Positions 47,261-58,409 of a stretch of 64,000 nt of DNA are shown in pieces. The stretch comes from an uncultured delta proteobacterium (GTDB lineage: Bacteria; Desulfobacterota; Desulfuromonadia; Geobacterales; DSM-12255). The stretch covers positions 143,624 through 207,623 of the forward strand of contig CAWBBV010000023.1 of the NCBI GenBank assembly GCA_963787125.1, written 5' to 3'. The notes beneath the pieces were generated by a model. It saw only the letters and a program-made list of their open reading frames with translations, was not told the DNA's origin and made no database searches. The position numbers and the translations under genes were made by a program. Position 1 is the stretch's first letter. Each line of letters starts with the position of its first letter.

Positions 47261-48667
47261 CTACTTCAGCCCCTTCATTCGCTTGCTCAGCGCCGGTTGC
47301 GAGATTCCAAGGAGCCGCGCTGCTATGGTTTGATTGCCGCTGGCCCGCTTCATTGCTTCCACAACCAACAGTTCGGCAATTTCAGTAAAGGTCGGCAGCC
47401 GATCAAGGGCTGCAAAGATGCCGCCAACTTCGGTGCTACGCTCCAGCTTTGGAACAGCTGCCTTACCCATAGTTGCAACAAATGTTTCGGTGGAGAGTTT
47501 CCGGTCAAGGTGGACGCTGACGGCGTTGTAGACCATGGCCCTAAGTTCCCGCACGTTGCCGGGGAAGTCATAAGTAAGGAGGAGCTGAGCAAGTTCCGGC
47601 GGCGGGGTCGGCTTACGCTTGCCAAGGGATTTGGCGGATTCCGCCAGAAAGTGGTCCAGCAGTATCGGAATATCGTCCTTGCGTTCCCGTAAGGGGGGGA
47701 TGTCGAGGTGATGGATTTTGAGGCGATAAAAAAGATCGCGCCTGAATTCGCCGCTGGCAACTTTACTGGAAAGGTCGCGATGGGTGGCAACTATGATACG
47801 GGCTTTGAGACGCTTCGGGCGGTCGCTGCCAAGCGGAAAGTATTCACCTTCCTGGAGGAGGCGCAGCAGTTTGACCTGGGAGGCGATACTGAGATCGCCG
47901 ATTTCGTCAAGAAAGAGAGTCCCTTCAGCAGCCTCTTCCACCATCCCGCGCCGAATCTGGTCGGCTCCGGTGAAGGCGCCCTTCATGTGGCCGAAGAGGG
48001 TGTCTGAAAAGACCATATCATCAAGACCGGCAACGTTCACTGCCACGAGCTGACCTTTGCAGCCGCTCAGCGTGTGGGCCGAGCGGGCAAACAGCTCCTT
48101 GCCGACACCGCTTTCACCGGTGATCAAGAGCGGCTGGGGGCTTGTCGCTACCGCCTCGATATAAGCAAAAATGGAGCGCATTGAGCGCTCGTTGGTTACT
48201 ATGGCTGAGAACGCTTCGGGGTGCCGCAGCTTTCTGGAAAAGAAGCGGCTGGCAACTTCACGGTTTTCCCTTTCCAGCTCAAGCATTCTGATGGCGCGCA
48301 TGACCCCGCCGACCAGTCGCTCCTCTTCAACGGTCTTGACAAAATAATCAAACGCCCCCTGTTTGACACAGCGAACCGCGGCATCAACCTGATTGAGACC
48401 GCTGATGATGATAACGGCGATCTCCGGTGATGTCTCGCTGATCCGCTCCAACAGCTCTTCTCCCCCCATATAAGGCATGGTGAGATCGAGGAGAATCAGC
48501 CCGACCTTTTCTTTGGCAAGAAGCGGGATCACTTCACGACTATCCTGGCAGGTGATGATGTTGGTTATGCCTGCGGAGCGCTCCAGGGTAAGAGAGAGTG
48601 AGCGGAGCCAGGCAGGTTCGTCGTCAACCAGCAGAACTGAAAATTGGGGGTAAAGCCGGTTTTCCAT
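47261..48667 (-). CDS. Sigma54-dependent response regulator (NtrC family)
   Basis: REC domain, GESGVGKE, GAFTGA, LFLDEIGD, FPGNVREL, Fis-type HTH. Confidence 0.96.
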   Translation of the reverse strand: MENRLYPQFSVLLVDDEPAWLRSLSLTLERSAGITNIITCQDSREVIPLLAKEKVGLILLDLTMPYMGGEELLERISETSPEIAVIIISGLNQVDAAVRCVKQGAFDYFVKTVEEERLVGGVMRAIRMLELERENREVASRFFSRKLRHPEAFSAIVTNERSMRSIFAYIEAVATSPQPLLITGESGVGKELFARSAHTLSGCKGQLVAVNVAGLDDMVFSDTLFGHMKGAFTGADQIRRGMVEEAAEGTLFLDEIGDLSIASQVKLLRLLQEGEYFPLGSDRPKRLKARIIVATHRDLSSKVASGEFRRDLFYRLKIHHLDIPPLRERKDDIPILLDHFLAESAKSLGKRKPTPPPELAQLLLTYDFPGNVRELRAMVYNAVSVHLDRKLSTETFVATMGKAAVPKLERSTEVGGIFAALDRLPTFTEIAELLVVEAMKRASGNQTIAARLLGISQPALSKRMKGLK

Positions 48668-50442
48668 TATGTCTCCATATTTGCCGGCAGGGTCAGTGTT
48701 ACGGTGGTGCCGACGCCGACGATTGAATCAAACTTCATGATACCGCCAAGCTCTTTAACAATTCCGGCCGAAATGGAGAGCCCAAGGCCGGTGCCGCCAC
48801 TTTCGCGATTTGTGGTAAAAAAAGGGTCGGTTATTTTTGAAAGATTTTCCAGGGGGATGCCGACCCCCTCATCCGTAAGTTGCAATACAATGGTGTGCTG
48901 TCTACTTTCCTGCCGTGTTGTCAGAGTTATCCCTTTAGCTCTGTCCGGCAGTGCCCGGCAGGCATTGACAATCAGGTTGATGATCACCTGTTCAATTCGC
49001 TGGGCAGAGCCGCGTACATAAGGCAGATCATCAGCCAGCTCCATGGTGAATCTGTTGGTGGCATTTTTAATCGACGGCTCGACCAGGCGCACTGCTGCCC
49101 TGACCACTTCATTGAAGTCGATCTTGCCGACAACTTCGCCCAGATCCAGCCGGGCAAAATCTTTAAGATCCTCGACTATTCGTTTTATCCGTTTTGCCCC
49201 TTCTACCGTTTCGTCGATGATGTGGGGGATCTCTTCCCGCATCCGCGAAAAAGGGAGGCCGCCAAGGGTGAAGTCGCCATCCTTTTGGTAGATTTCGTCC
49301 AGATAGTGAAACGACTCTTCCCAGGCCTGCTTCAGTATTGGCACATTCAGCAGAATCAGAGCGTTGGGATTGTTTATCTCGTGAGCTACACCGGAAACCA
49401 GCACCCCCAGGGATGCCATCTTATCCGCCTGAATAAGTTTGTCCTGATGTTTTCTGAGTTCTTCCAGCGCTTTCTTCTTCTCGCCGATCTCCCTGGCCAG
49501 TTCGGCAGTACGCTGATCGACACGTTTTTTGAGCGATCTGGACAGGAATATGTAGCCGGATAACAGCAGTAGCAGCGGCATCAGGGTAGCGGCGCCATAC
49601 TTTATCAGCTTTTCGCGGGAGATTTGCAGCGGCTCAAGAACTCCCAGCCATTTTTCGTAGATCTCCTGATATTTGCCGGTTTTTTTAAGTATTGCCAGAC
49701 CTTCATTCAGTTGAGCCTGGAGTTGGGTGTCACCTTCCCTGACGGCAAAGGAGAACTTGAACGACATGACATCACGGGCCACCGGCAGCAGATTGGTCAG
49801 CTTGTACTCCCGAATGATATACATGCCGGGGAGCAGCGCCACAACCGCATACTCCTCTTCTCCTGAGGCCAGCAGGCGCAGGCCGTCGGCCGGGGTTTCG
49901 ACAAAAACCAGCTCCTTTGCAAAGCCCTTTTTGAGGAGTTGTTGATGCATTGCCCCGTTTTTATGGACGATGACCCGCTTGCCGCGCAGCTCTTCGAGCG
50001 AGCTGACCGGCGGAGTCTCTTTCCGGGCAAAGATGGCATGCTGAACAATGGTGTGGGGGGAGGGGAAGTCGAATACCTTTTCTCTTTCCGGCGATTGCGA
50101 CATGCCGAGAGTCATGTCTATCCGCCCTGAAATCAGATCGTCATGGACTTTCGCCCATTCACCGAGGCGGATGTCAAGCTTCATCCCCATGACCTCGGCA
50201 ATGGCCTGCAGCAGGTCGACGGTGAAGCCGGCGGGCTTTCCCTTGTCGTCTATGAATTCGTAAGGGGGGTAGCCACTGTTGCCGCCGACGATTACGGCTT
50301 TCTGAGGTGACTTTTCACCGCCGACACTGACCCCTTCACCAAGACCCGACTGCTCAGCGGCAGCTGCAAGTGAGCACAAGCAGAGCAGGGTGGCAGCGAG
50401 AACTGTAAAAAAAAGGAGAATAGTGCGAGGGTAGAGTTTCAT
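48667..50442 (-). CDS. Sensor histidine kinase with family-3 (amino-acid-type) periplasmic binding domain
   Basis: YPPYEF..GF.VDL, TM, VAHEINNP, DPFFTT, GTGLGLS; start ATG 50442. Confidence 0.93.
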   Translation of the reverse strand: MKLYPRTILLFFTVLAATLLCLCSLAAAAEQSGLGEGVSVGGEKSPQKAVIVGGNSGYPPYEFIDDKGKPAGFTVDLLQAIAEVMGMKLDIRLGEWAKVHDDLISGRIDMTLGMSQSPEREKVFDFPSPHTIVQHAIFARKETPPVSSLEELRGKRVIVHKNGAMHQQLLKKGFAKELVFVETPADGLRLLASGEEEYAVVALLPGMYIIREYKLTNLLPVARDVMSFKFSFAVREGDTQLQAQLNEGLAILKKTGKYQEIYEKWLGVLEPLQISREKLIKYGAATLMPLLLLLSGYIFLSRSLKKRVDQRTAELAREIGEKKKALEELRKHQDKLIQADKMASLGVLVSGVAHEINNPNALILLNVPILKQAWEESFHYLDEIYQKDGDFTLGGLPFSRMREEIPHIIDETVEGAKRIKRIVEDLKDFARLDLGEVVGKIDFNEVVRAAVRLVEPSIKNATNRFTMELADDLPYVRGSAQRIEQVIINLIVNACRALPDRAKGITLTTRQESRQHTIVLQLTDEGVGIPLENLSKITDPFFTTNRESGGTGLGLSISAGIVKELGGIMKFDSIVGVGTTVTLTLPANMET

Positions 50443-50449
50443 TAATAAC

Positions 50450-50876
50450 TCAGTACTCCAGATCAAAAGCGTTTTTGATATGTTCGATCTGGTGTTGATA
50501 GCTGCCATTTAAAAGGATTGCTATGACATCAAAACGAGCCGGGGTGTCGTGCAGACGGTTTCTGACTAAGCCAGGTGAGGGCGGCCTTGCTGATCTGCCG
50601 CTGTTTGAAGGGGGTTACGGCGAGCTGCGGAACGCCGAAGGCCAGGGTTTTACGGCTCTTAACCTCGATAAAAACAAGAGTCTTGCCGTCCCTGGCGACA
50701 ATATCAATTTCGCCCCCCTTGCAGCGATAATTACGCTCGACAATTTTCCAGCCGTTGCGCTCCAGGAAGGCGACGGCAAGTTCTTCGCCGTGTTTGCCGA
50801 TCCCTGCATTCTGGTGGCCTTTACCTTCCGGAGTCGGCGAAAGATTCTTCCCGGAGTCGCTATTTGCCCCAGTCAC
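50450..50876 (-). pseudogene. yraN: YraN family protein with a +1 frameshift near 50560
   Basis: GKHGEELA, NYRCKGGEIDIVA, FIEVK; C-terminal RFDVIAI..IEHIKNAF lies in another frame. Confidence 0.85.
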
Positions 50877-51681
50877 GTGAGTACCTGAAATCCCTGTCGA
50901 TTGTGCGGTTGGATACTTTGGCAATAATCGGCAGTCTACGCTTGAAATGGGAATTCATGATCCTCACCCGGATCTTGTTGATAAAGTCAGCGGCGAAGCC
51001 ATCTTTGAGGAGCTCTGCATCGGTCATGCGGAGATCTACCATCCGGTACATAAGTTCATCAACGGCGCGATAGGTGAAACCGAGTTCCTGTTCGTCGGTC
51101 TGGCCGGCCCAGAGGTCGGCAGAAGGCTTCTTGTCGATGACCTCCCGGGGGATTCCAAGCTCTTCCGAGAGTTGCCATACCTGACTTTTATAAAGGTCGC
51201 CGATGGGGTTAAGGGCGCTGGCCATGTCACCGTAGAGAGTTCCGTAACCAAGGAGCAGCTCCGTCTTGTTGCTGGTGCCAAGAACCAGGGCGTCATTAAG
51301 CGCCGAGTGGTCAAAGAGAATCGTCATCCGCTCCCTGGCCATCTTGTTGCCGCGGCGCATATTGTCAGCATCGGGAAACTGGTCAAAATAGGCATCGACC
51401 ATCGGCGTTATGGGAATGACCGAGAAGTTCACCCCGCAGGCGTCGGCCACAAGTTTTGCGTGGGCCTCACTCTCCGGGTTGCTGGTGCGGTACGGCATGC
51501 AGATGGCATGGACGTTTTTTGCCCCGAGAGCTTCTGCGGCCAGAAAGACGACCAGGGCAGAGTCTATCCCGCCGGAAAGACCGAGTATGCCGTTGTGAAG
51601 CCCGGTTTTGCAGATCTCTTCACGGATGAAGTTGACGAGGATTTTACGCAGCAGTTTCGTGTTAACCGAGAGACAGCTCAT
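50860..51681 (-). CDS. nadE: NAD+ synthetase (synthetase subunit)
   Basis: [32 protein letters not shown]. Confidence 0.96.
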   Translation of the reverse strand: MSCLSVNTKLLRKILVNFIREEICKTGLHNGILGLSGGIDSALVVFLAAEALGAKNVHAICMPYRTSNPESEAHAKLVADACGVNFSVIPITPMVDAYFDQFPDADNMRRGNKMARERMTILFDHSALNDALVLGTSNKTELLLGYGTLYGDMASALNPIGDLYKSQVWQLSEELGIPREVIDKKPSADLWAGQTDEQELGFTYRAVDELMYRMVDLRMTDAELLKDGFAADFINKIRVRIMNSHFKRRLPIIAKVSNRTIDRDFRYSRDWGK

Positions 51682-52532
51682 CAGATCACCCCCCTGGTTT
51701 CGATATGCTGCAGTTCGCGGATTGTCAGGGCCAGGTTCTCATCACGCATCAGCGGTGAGAGAATCCGCTCGCGGCGGAGCTCTCCTTCGTTGATGGTTGC
51801 AAACACAAGATCTTCCTCCATCAGCTTGCCGCGGGCGATTGACGTTCCGCAGGGCGCGACCGCCTCAGAGCCACCCCAGAAGTTGATGCCGTCTTCATAA
51901 CCGACCCGGTTGCAGTACAGTACCCGCGCATTGAGAAAGGTCGCGGTAGTGGCGGTGAGCCTCTGCCAGGCTATGGTTGAGCCGAGGCGCTCATCGTCTG
52001 TCAGCCCCCGTCCAGGGCTGCTTGACAGGCAGATGATGGTGGTAGCGCCGTCCATGGCGAGGATATACGGAGCAGACAGATGCCAGATGTCTTCGCAGAT
52101 CAGCATGCCGATGCGGCCAAAGCGGCTGTCAAAGGCGCGGAAACGGTCACCCTTGGCAAGGTAACGCAGTTCGTCGAAAAGCCCGTATGTCGGCAGGTAG
52201 ACCTTTCTGTGGACATGGACAATCTCACCCCTGTCGAGAAAGATGGCGCTGTTGAAGAAGCGGTAGTCAGAAGTCGCCTCAACAAAACCGATGGCAATGG
52301 CGATATCCCTGGAGAGCTCTTTCAGACGGGCGATCTCCGGCGAATCAAGAGAGATGGCAACATCAGGCACCAGGTCTTTAAGAAAATAGCCGGTCAGGGC
52401 AAGTTCCGGAAAGACGATCAGCTCTGCCTTGTCATGAACGGCCTGAGCGATCTTAGCTTCAATAATGGCGAGGTTATCCGCAACGCAGCCGAGTTTCGGT
52501 TTTATCTGGGCAAGTGCAACTTTAAAGTCCAT
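51681..52532 (-). CDS. Carbon-nitrogen hydrolase, probable glutaminase subunit of NadE
   Basis: [22 protein letters not shown]; translationally coupled to nadE. Confidence 0.9.
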   Translation of the reverse strand: MDFKVALAQIKPKLGCVADNLAIIEAKIAQAVHDKAELIVFPELALTGYFLKDLVPDVAISLDSPEIARLKELSRDIAIAIGFVEATSDYRFFNSAIFLDRGEIVHVHRKVYLPTYGLFDELRYLAKGDRFRAFDSRFGRIGMLICEDIWHLSAPYILAMDGATTIICLSSSPGRGLTDDERLGSTIAWQRLTATTATFLNARVLYCNRVGYEDGINFWGGSEAVAPCGTSIARGKLMEEDLVFATINEGELRRERILSPLMRDENLALTIRELQHIETRGVI

Positions 52533-52785
52533 AAGACCGTCCTTGAAGGGATTTTTTGCAAATTACCACAGAAGGAGAAGGTAATGCAATTTTCACGGTG
52601 GAAAGTTTGTTGTTTTGCTTGTTGTGAGCATTATGAATCTATACGGTCTTAAATTCAAAGATGATGGTGGCCATTTTTCTCAGCCTTCCTCCATGTTGTA
52701 GCTGCGCTACTGCTGACTCACACTTATAAAAGCTTTTTACAACCCCATTGCGCCGTCAGGCTTGTGATGGTAAGCTGCGCCGGTC

Positions 52786-53730
52786 ATGACAAGAGCCATT
52801 ATCCCCTTTATTTTCATTCTCCCTTCCCTTGCCTACTCACTTTTAGCCCTCTTATCTCTGCGCGCTTTTTTCAAAAGAGAACCGCCGGGTGGCACGTTCA
52901 CTCCCGCTGTTTCCATAATCAAGCCAATCAAGGGGCTTGACACCGGTACTCGGCAAAGCCTTGAATCATTCTGTCTGCAGAAATATCCCCTATATCAGAT
53001 CGTTTTCGCTCTGCAGTCGCTTGAAGATCAATGTGTTCCGGTTATCCGCCAGCTGATGGCCGATTACCCGGAAATAGATAGCGAACTTGTTATTAATGCT
53101 GCTGTGCATGGCGCCAACGGCAAGGTCAGTAATCTGATCAATGCTTTCCCGCTGGTAAAGCACGACATAATTATCATTGCCGACAGTGACATCAGGGTTG
53201 AAGTGGACTATCTGGCGAAATTAGCCGGACATTTTTCTGCAGCGCACGTCGGTCTGGTCACCTCGCTTTACCGGGGGGCGAATGTCTTTGGCGCTGCAGC
53301 TGCTCTTGAAGCTCTTGGTTTCACTGCCGAGATGATGCCTAACGTTATTGTCGCCGAGAGACTGGAGGGGTTAAGCTTTGCGCTGGGGGCTTCCATGGCT
53401 GTCAGACGCGAAGCGCTTGAGGCGATTGGCGGTTTCAGCGCGCTGGCCGATTATCTGGCCGATGATTATCAGCTTGGCAACATGATCCACAAGGCCGGGT
53501 GGCAATTGGCACTATCCGGAGATTTTGTCGAGAGCGTTATGCAGCGGGAGAGCCTTGCCATGGTTGTTTCCCGGCAGCTGCGCTGGTGCCGGACAATGCG
53601 CGTTTCACGCCCCTTTGGCTACCTGGCTTCCGGTATTACCCAGCCTGTTCTGGGGATTCTGGCAGTTTCAGCTTTTGCCGGATTTACCTGCACTGCCTTG
53701 GTCGCGGCCACGATCCTCTATGTTGTGCGG
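52786..53730 (+). CDS. hpnI: Hopanoid glycosyltransferase HpnI (GT2), truncated at junction
   Basis: SIIKPIKG, NGKVSNL, DSD, LADDY.LG, RQLRW. Confidence 0.85.
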
Positions 53731-53736
53731 GGGGGG
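53729..53736. other. Chimeric junction 1 (G run)
   Basis: Abrupt GC and codon-usage jump; genes cut on both sides. Confidence 0.88.
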
Positions 53737-54271
53737 CGAGTTCGTGCGCATGGGCCGGGTGGACACGGTAAGGCTGCGGCAGAAGGGGTGGTCGTTCGAG
53801 CTGCGCGAGACGCTGGGCGTCGCCTCCTCAGGACCGCAGCCGGTCTACGGCCAGCTCTTCCTCGAGCTGATGTGGTTCAAGCTGCTGGGCGAGCGCTTCA
53901 ACGTCGCGGTGCGGGTGCAGGGCGGCCTCTCCACCGACGCGCCCGCGGAGCTGCGGTACTACCTGGGCGGGCTCAATCTCATCCGCGGCTACGCGGACAG
54001 CCTGGTGCGCACGGAACGCTTCGTGCTCACCAACCTGGAGCTGAGGGGGACGGTCTTCGATTCGACCTGGTTCGCCATCGTCGCGGCGGCCTTCGTCGAT
54101 GGAGCGCTGGCGGACGATGGCGCGCATCTCCAACCGCTGCTCTCCGCGGGTGGCGGCTTGCGCCTGCTCATCCCGCGGCTGGTGAAGACCGGCGTGCGCG
54201 CCGACGTGGCCGTGACGCTGGTAGGCCGCCCGACGCCCGGCTTCAGCTTCGGCGTGTACCAATTCTTCTAA
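53735..54271 (+). CDS. 3' fragment of a BamA/TamA (Omp85)-like outer-membrane protein
   Basis: YYLGGLNLIRGY, NLELR, GGGLR, terminal FF. Confidence 0.7.
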   Translation, partial: GEFVRMGRVDTVRLRQKGWSFELRETLGVASSGPQPVYGQLFLELMWFKLLGERFNVAVRVQGGLSTDAPAELRYYLGGLNLIRGYADSLVRTERFVLTNLELRGTVFDSTWFAIVAAAFVDGALADDGAHLQPLLSAGGGLRLLIPRLVKTGVRADVAVTLVGRPTPGFSFGVYQFF

Positions 54272-54277
54272 CTGCCT

Positions 54278-54315
54278 CCCTCTCCCCCGCGGGGGGAGAG
54301 GGTCGGGGAGAGGGG
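54278..54315. repeat. REP-like palindrome type A
   Basis: ccctctccccc-gcg-gggggagaggg followed by tcggggagagggg. Confidence 0.85.
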
Positions 54316-54317
54316 AT

Positions 54318-55583
54318 TCACAACAGTCGCAGAGCGTCGGAATCGAGCACCTCGAACCGGGCGCGCGGATGCTTCACCCCGAGCTGCGTCTTCCGGAACC
54401 GCGCCTCGAGCGCGACGCCGGCCGCCTTCCGCTCCGCCTTGTTCATCGCGGCCCACTTCACCTCGCTCACCACGAGCCCTTCCGGTTCCTCGCGAACGAG
54501 GTCGAGCTCCACGTCGGCCTCCCAGTACCGTGCAGCTCCCCGGCCACCGGGCGCGGAGCTGGTCCTCGAACACGGTCGACGCGTGGTCCTCGAGCAGCTT
54601 CTGCTTCTCGGCGGTCGAATACGTGCGCCACCGCGAGCGGTGCGGCGAGTACACGCGAAACCAGAACCGCATGGTCGGATCTGCCAGCCGGTACAGCGTG
54701 CGCTTGGTGGTGCGAACGGACTCCCCGAAGGGCAACTCGCGCTCGAGCAGCTTCGAGTCGAGCAGCACCTGGAACAGCCGTCCCAGGTTCGTCTGCGGAG
54801 TCCCCAGGCGGGCGGCGATCTCCGAGGGCTTGTGCGCTCCGCGGCCGACGGCCTCGAGCACCGCGGGCGCGGTCAGCCCCACCACGCCTTCATCCTTGAG
54901 CAGCCGCGAAGGCTCGAACTCCAGCGCGGGGGATGAACCGAAGAACAGCTCCTCCGCCAGGACGATCGAGGTCTGGCTGCGGCGCACCAACTCCCAGTAC
55001 TTCGGCACGCCCCCCACCAGCGAGAACCGCACGAACGCCTCCTTCGATGCCGGGTTCTGGCCGCACGCCTTGCAGAACGCGCGGTAGCTCATCGGCGCCA
55101 CCTCGAGGATCTTCCGGGCGCGGCCGAAGAGCGGCGCGCTGCGGTTGAGGAAGAGGTCGTTCATCATGCGCGTGCTGGAGCCGGCCAGGATCAGCGGCTC
55201 TTCTTTCGCCTTCGGTGGTCGATCCACCGCTGCAGCACGCTGGGCAGTGACGGGTCGGCCGCCACCAGGTACGGCAGTTCATCGAGGCAGAGCACGAAGT
55301 CTTTCGGCTGCAGGTCGAGCAGTTCGAGCAGTTCCCCGAAGGACTTCGGCACGATGCTCGAGACGAACTGCGGTCGGAGGTCGTCGAAGATCTGCTGCAG
55401 CTGCTGCTCTTTCGAGGCTTCGATGGCCTGGCTGTAGAGGCCGGCGCGGCGCCGGAGCCAGTGCGTCAGCAGTCGCGTCTTGCCCACGCGACGGCGCCCG
55501 AAGAGGACCAGCAAGCCCCCGGCCCGCGCGTGCTCGTCGAGTTGGCCCAGTTCTTCAGTGCGGTTGACGAAGTCCAGCTCCAT
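54318..55583 (-). CDS. Archaeal-type AAA ATPase with DUF234-like C-terminus; at least 2 frameshifts, probably sequencing errors
   Basis: FVNRTEEL, GRRRVGKT, LDELPYL / LAGSS, LFGR, GGVPKY / ELDLV, EVKW across three frames. Confidence 0.85.
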
Positions 55584-55623
55584 GCCAGAGATGATGCTTC
55601 ACGGACATTATGTTCGTCAAACA

Positions 55624-56955
55624 TCATTGATGCGACGGCTCGATCACCACCTCGATCGGAGCGTCGTCGAGGCGCACCAGCACCTGGTGCGCGGTCCGCC
55701 AGCCCCCGCCGACCGTCACCAGCCAAGTCGGGTCGTCGCAGGCTGCCGCGGTGAGGCTGAACTCACCGGTGAGGCCGCTGACACTCGAGGCTGCGGGCCG
55801 GGGGCTGGGCGGCCACGCGATGCCTCCATCTGGAAGCATGGCGGCGCTGGTGGGGTCCACTGCGCCCACGTTGACGGGCACGCCGGGAACGGGCCACCCC
55901 GAGGTGTTGACCAGCCGTCCCTGGATCGGCTGTATCGGCTTGAGGCGCACGAGGGCCTCACCGCCTTCAACCTCAGCCGGCGTCGCCTCGGCGCGGCCAG
56001 AGTACCCACGGCTCAGGGCGCTGCGCATTGCGAGGATTTCCACCGAGCCCTCCGGCACTTCGATGGGTCTGTCTGACGCGCCTGCCGATACGAACTCGCC
56101 CCGCCGGGTCACTCGCAGGCACGCTGGCGCGTTGCCCGGGCCGACGACCTTGACGCGCAGGAGTGTCCACGGCTCGAGCACCAGCGTCCGCTCCCCCGGG
56201 GCACTCACGGCGCGGGGCACCGAGCGCGAGCTGCCAGACCGCGCCTGGATCACCACGCTCTCGGAGTCTGCTTCGAACTCGAAGCGCCCCTGCCCGTCGG
56301 TGGAGGCGACCGTGCCCCGCAGCTCGATGACGAGGTCCAGGTCTCTGGCGTGGGGCGCTTCGCGGATCAGCTCGATGGCTGCGCTGGAGACGGGCCTGCC
56401 CTTCACGTCGAGCACCTGTCCGCGGACGACGCGCCGAGGCGCGAGGTCGACGCGGAGCCGAGTCAGCGGCGCTCGCACCTCGAACAGCGTGGAGTACGCC
56501 AGGTCTGCGTCGTTGGCCCAGTCGCTGCGGCTTCCTCCGTCGTAGCGGGGGAGCACGACGTTGCGCCGCGCCGGTGACGTGACGCGCCACGCCCCTTCCT
56601 CCAGCGTGAAGCGCGCCACGCCCATGATGTCGATCGGCCTGCCCTCGCGCCGGCCTCCGGCGTCCTCGAGTTCGACGCGAATGCCGACCTGCCGCACCCC
56701 ATCGTCGTACACCTCGATCTCCACGTCGGCGAGGCGCCCGGCATCGACCGGACCCGCCGACGCGCCCGCAGCGACAGGTTGGGGGCTCGGCGTGGGCTCG
56801 GGCACCGCTGCGATCACGACTGACGGCGGGGGCACCACCGGCGCGACGACTACGGGAACCGGCAGAGGCGCTGCGACTTCAGCGCTCAGCCACCACGCCC
56901 CCGCCCCGATCGCCAACACGACTGCGCTGACCCAGGCCAGCGCTCGCCGTTTCAT
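55624..56955 (-). CDS. Membrane-anchored protein with carboxypeptidase-regulatory-like domains (myxobacterial type)
   Basis: N-terminal TM, Pro-rich linker, VRGQVLDVKGRPV, TDGQGRF repeats. Confidence 0.65.
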   Translation of the reverse strand: MKRRALAWVSAVVLAIGAGAWWLSAEVAAPLPVPVVVAPVVPPPSVVIAAVPEPTPSPQPVAAGASAGPVDAGRLADVEIEVYDDGVRQVGIRVELEDAGGRREGRPIDIMGVARFTLEEGAWRVTSPARRNVVLPRYDGGSRSDWANDADLAYSTLFEVRAPLTRLRVDLAPRRVVRGQVLDVKGRPVSSAAIELIREAPHARDLDLVIELRGTVASTDGQGRFEFEADSESVVIQARSGSSRSVPRAVSAPGERTLVLEPWTLLRVKVVGPGNAPACLRVTRRGEFVSAGASDRPIEVPEGSVEILAMRSALSRGYSGRAEATPAEVEGGEALVRLKPIQPIQGRLVNTSGWPVPGVPVNVGAVDPTSAAMLPDGGIAWPPSPRPAASSVSGLTGEFSLTAAACDDPTWLVTVGGGWRTAHQVLVRLDDAPIEVVIEPSHQ

Positions 56956-56959
56956 CTCA

Positions 56960-58330
56960 TCAGCCCTCGAACACCGCGTCGGTGATCTCGAGCCCGCGGT
57001 CGATGATGGCGAAGCCTTCCTTCAGCTGCGCCTCGGTGATGGTCAGCGGCGGGTTGCAGGTGAAGTTGTTCCAGCGCGTGAAGGTGAACAGCCCGTTGTC
57101 GCGGAAGAACGTGGCCAGCTTGCCCATCGCCGGGTGCGAGCCGTTGTACGGCGCGAGCGGCTCGTTCTTGCGAGTTCTTGCGCAGGTCGATCATGCCGAA
57201 GAGGCCGATGTTGCGGCCCTCGAGCATCGACACGTGCTTCTTCTGCAGCCGGTCCATCTCGCTGCGCATCACCGCGCCGAGCTTCGCGGAGTTCTCCACC
57301 AGCTTCTCGTCGATGGTCACGCGCAGCACGGCCTCGGCCGTGGCCAGGCCCACCGGGTGCGAGTTGTAGGTCAGGCCGCCCCAGTACACGTTCTTCTGGA
57401 AGTGCTCGTGGATGGCCTTCTTCATGCCCACCGCGCCGAGCGGGAAGTACGAGGAGGTCAGGCCCTTGGCCATGGTGACCAGGTCGGGCACCACGTCGAA
57501 GTGCTCGTAGGCCATCATCTTGCCGGTGCGGCCGATGCCCGCCATCACCTCGTCGCAGATGAGCAGGATGCCGTACTTGTCGAGCAGCGCGCGCAGGCCC
57601 TTGAACCAGCCCTTGGGCGGCACGAGCACGCCGTTGGTGCCGGTGACCGTCTCGACGATCATCGCCGCGATGTTCTGGCCGCCTTCGTACTTGATGGTCT
57701 CTTCGAGGTAGGTGAGGTGGTTCTTGCAGCGCTCTTCGTCGGTGGTCGCCGAAGCTGAACTCGTAAGGCGTCGGGATCCATCACGTGGATGATGCCGGGC
57801 GAGGCGGGCTCGCTGGCCCAGCGCCGCGGGTCACCGGTGAGCGACATCGTGAGGTTGGTGCCGCCGTGGTAGCTGCGGTAGCGCGCGAGGATCTTGTGCC
57901 GGCCGGTGTAGAGCCGCGCCATCTTCATCGCGTTCTCGTTGGCCTCGGCGCCGCCGAGCGTGAAGAAGAAGCGTCGACATGCCGGGGATGATCTCGCTGA
58001 GCAGCTTGCCCAGGCGCGCGCGCACCTGGGTGGCGGTCTGCGGGTAGACGAAGATCAGCTCGTCGATCTGCCGCTTCATCGCCGCGATCACGCGCGGGTG
58101 CGCGTGGCCGACCAGCACGCTCATCAGCTGCGCGTTGAAGTCGAGGATCTTCTGGCCCTCGGGCGTCGTACAGGTACACGCCCTCGGCGCGCGCGATGGG
58201 CAGCGGGTTGACCGTGTTGCCGGCCGACCAGGTGTAGAGCGTGTGCTCCTTGCAGAGGTCGACCATCTGCTGGGTCGGCATCGGCTCTTGCGGCGAACTC
58301 GTTGGGGTATCCAATGAACTGGCTGGTCAT
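56960..58330 (-). CDS. Class III PLP aminotransferase (beta-alanine/omega-amino acid type), frameshifted
   Basis: [47 protein letters not shown]. Confidence 0.85.
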
Positions 58331-58359
58331 GCGTACTCCTCGAATAAGAAAGTGAAGTT

Positions 58360-58397
58360 CCCCTCTCCCCGAGGCGGGGAGAGGGTCAGGGTGAGGG
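58360..58397. repeat. REP-like palindrome type A
   Basis: ccctctcccc-gaggc-ggggagaggg followed by tcagggtgaggg. Confidence 0.85.
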
Positions 58398-58409
58398 CAG
58401 ACGCCTCTC

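Noticed and set aside
52786..54936. 716-aa ORF as a novel HpnI fusion protein
   Set aside because: Read-through across the chimeric junction; the tail is off-frame or antisense to real genes.
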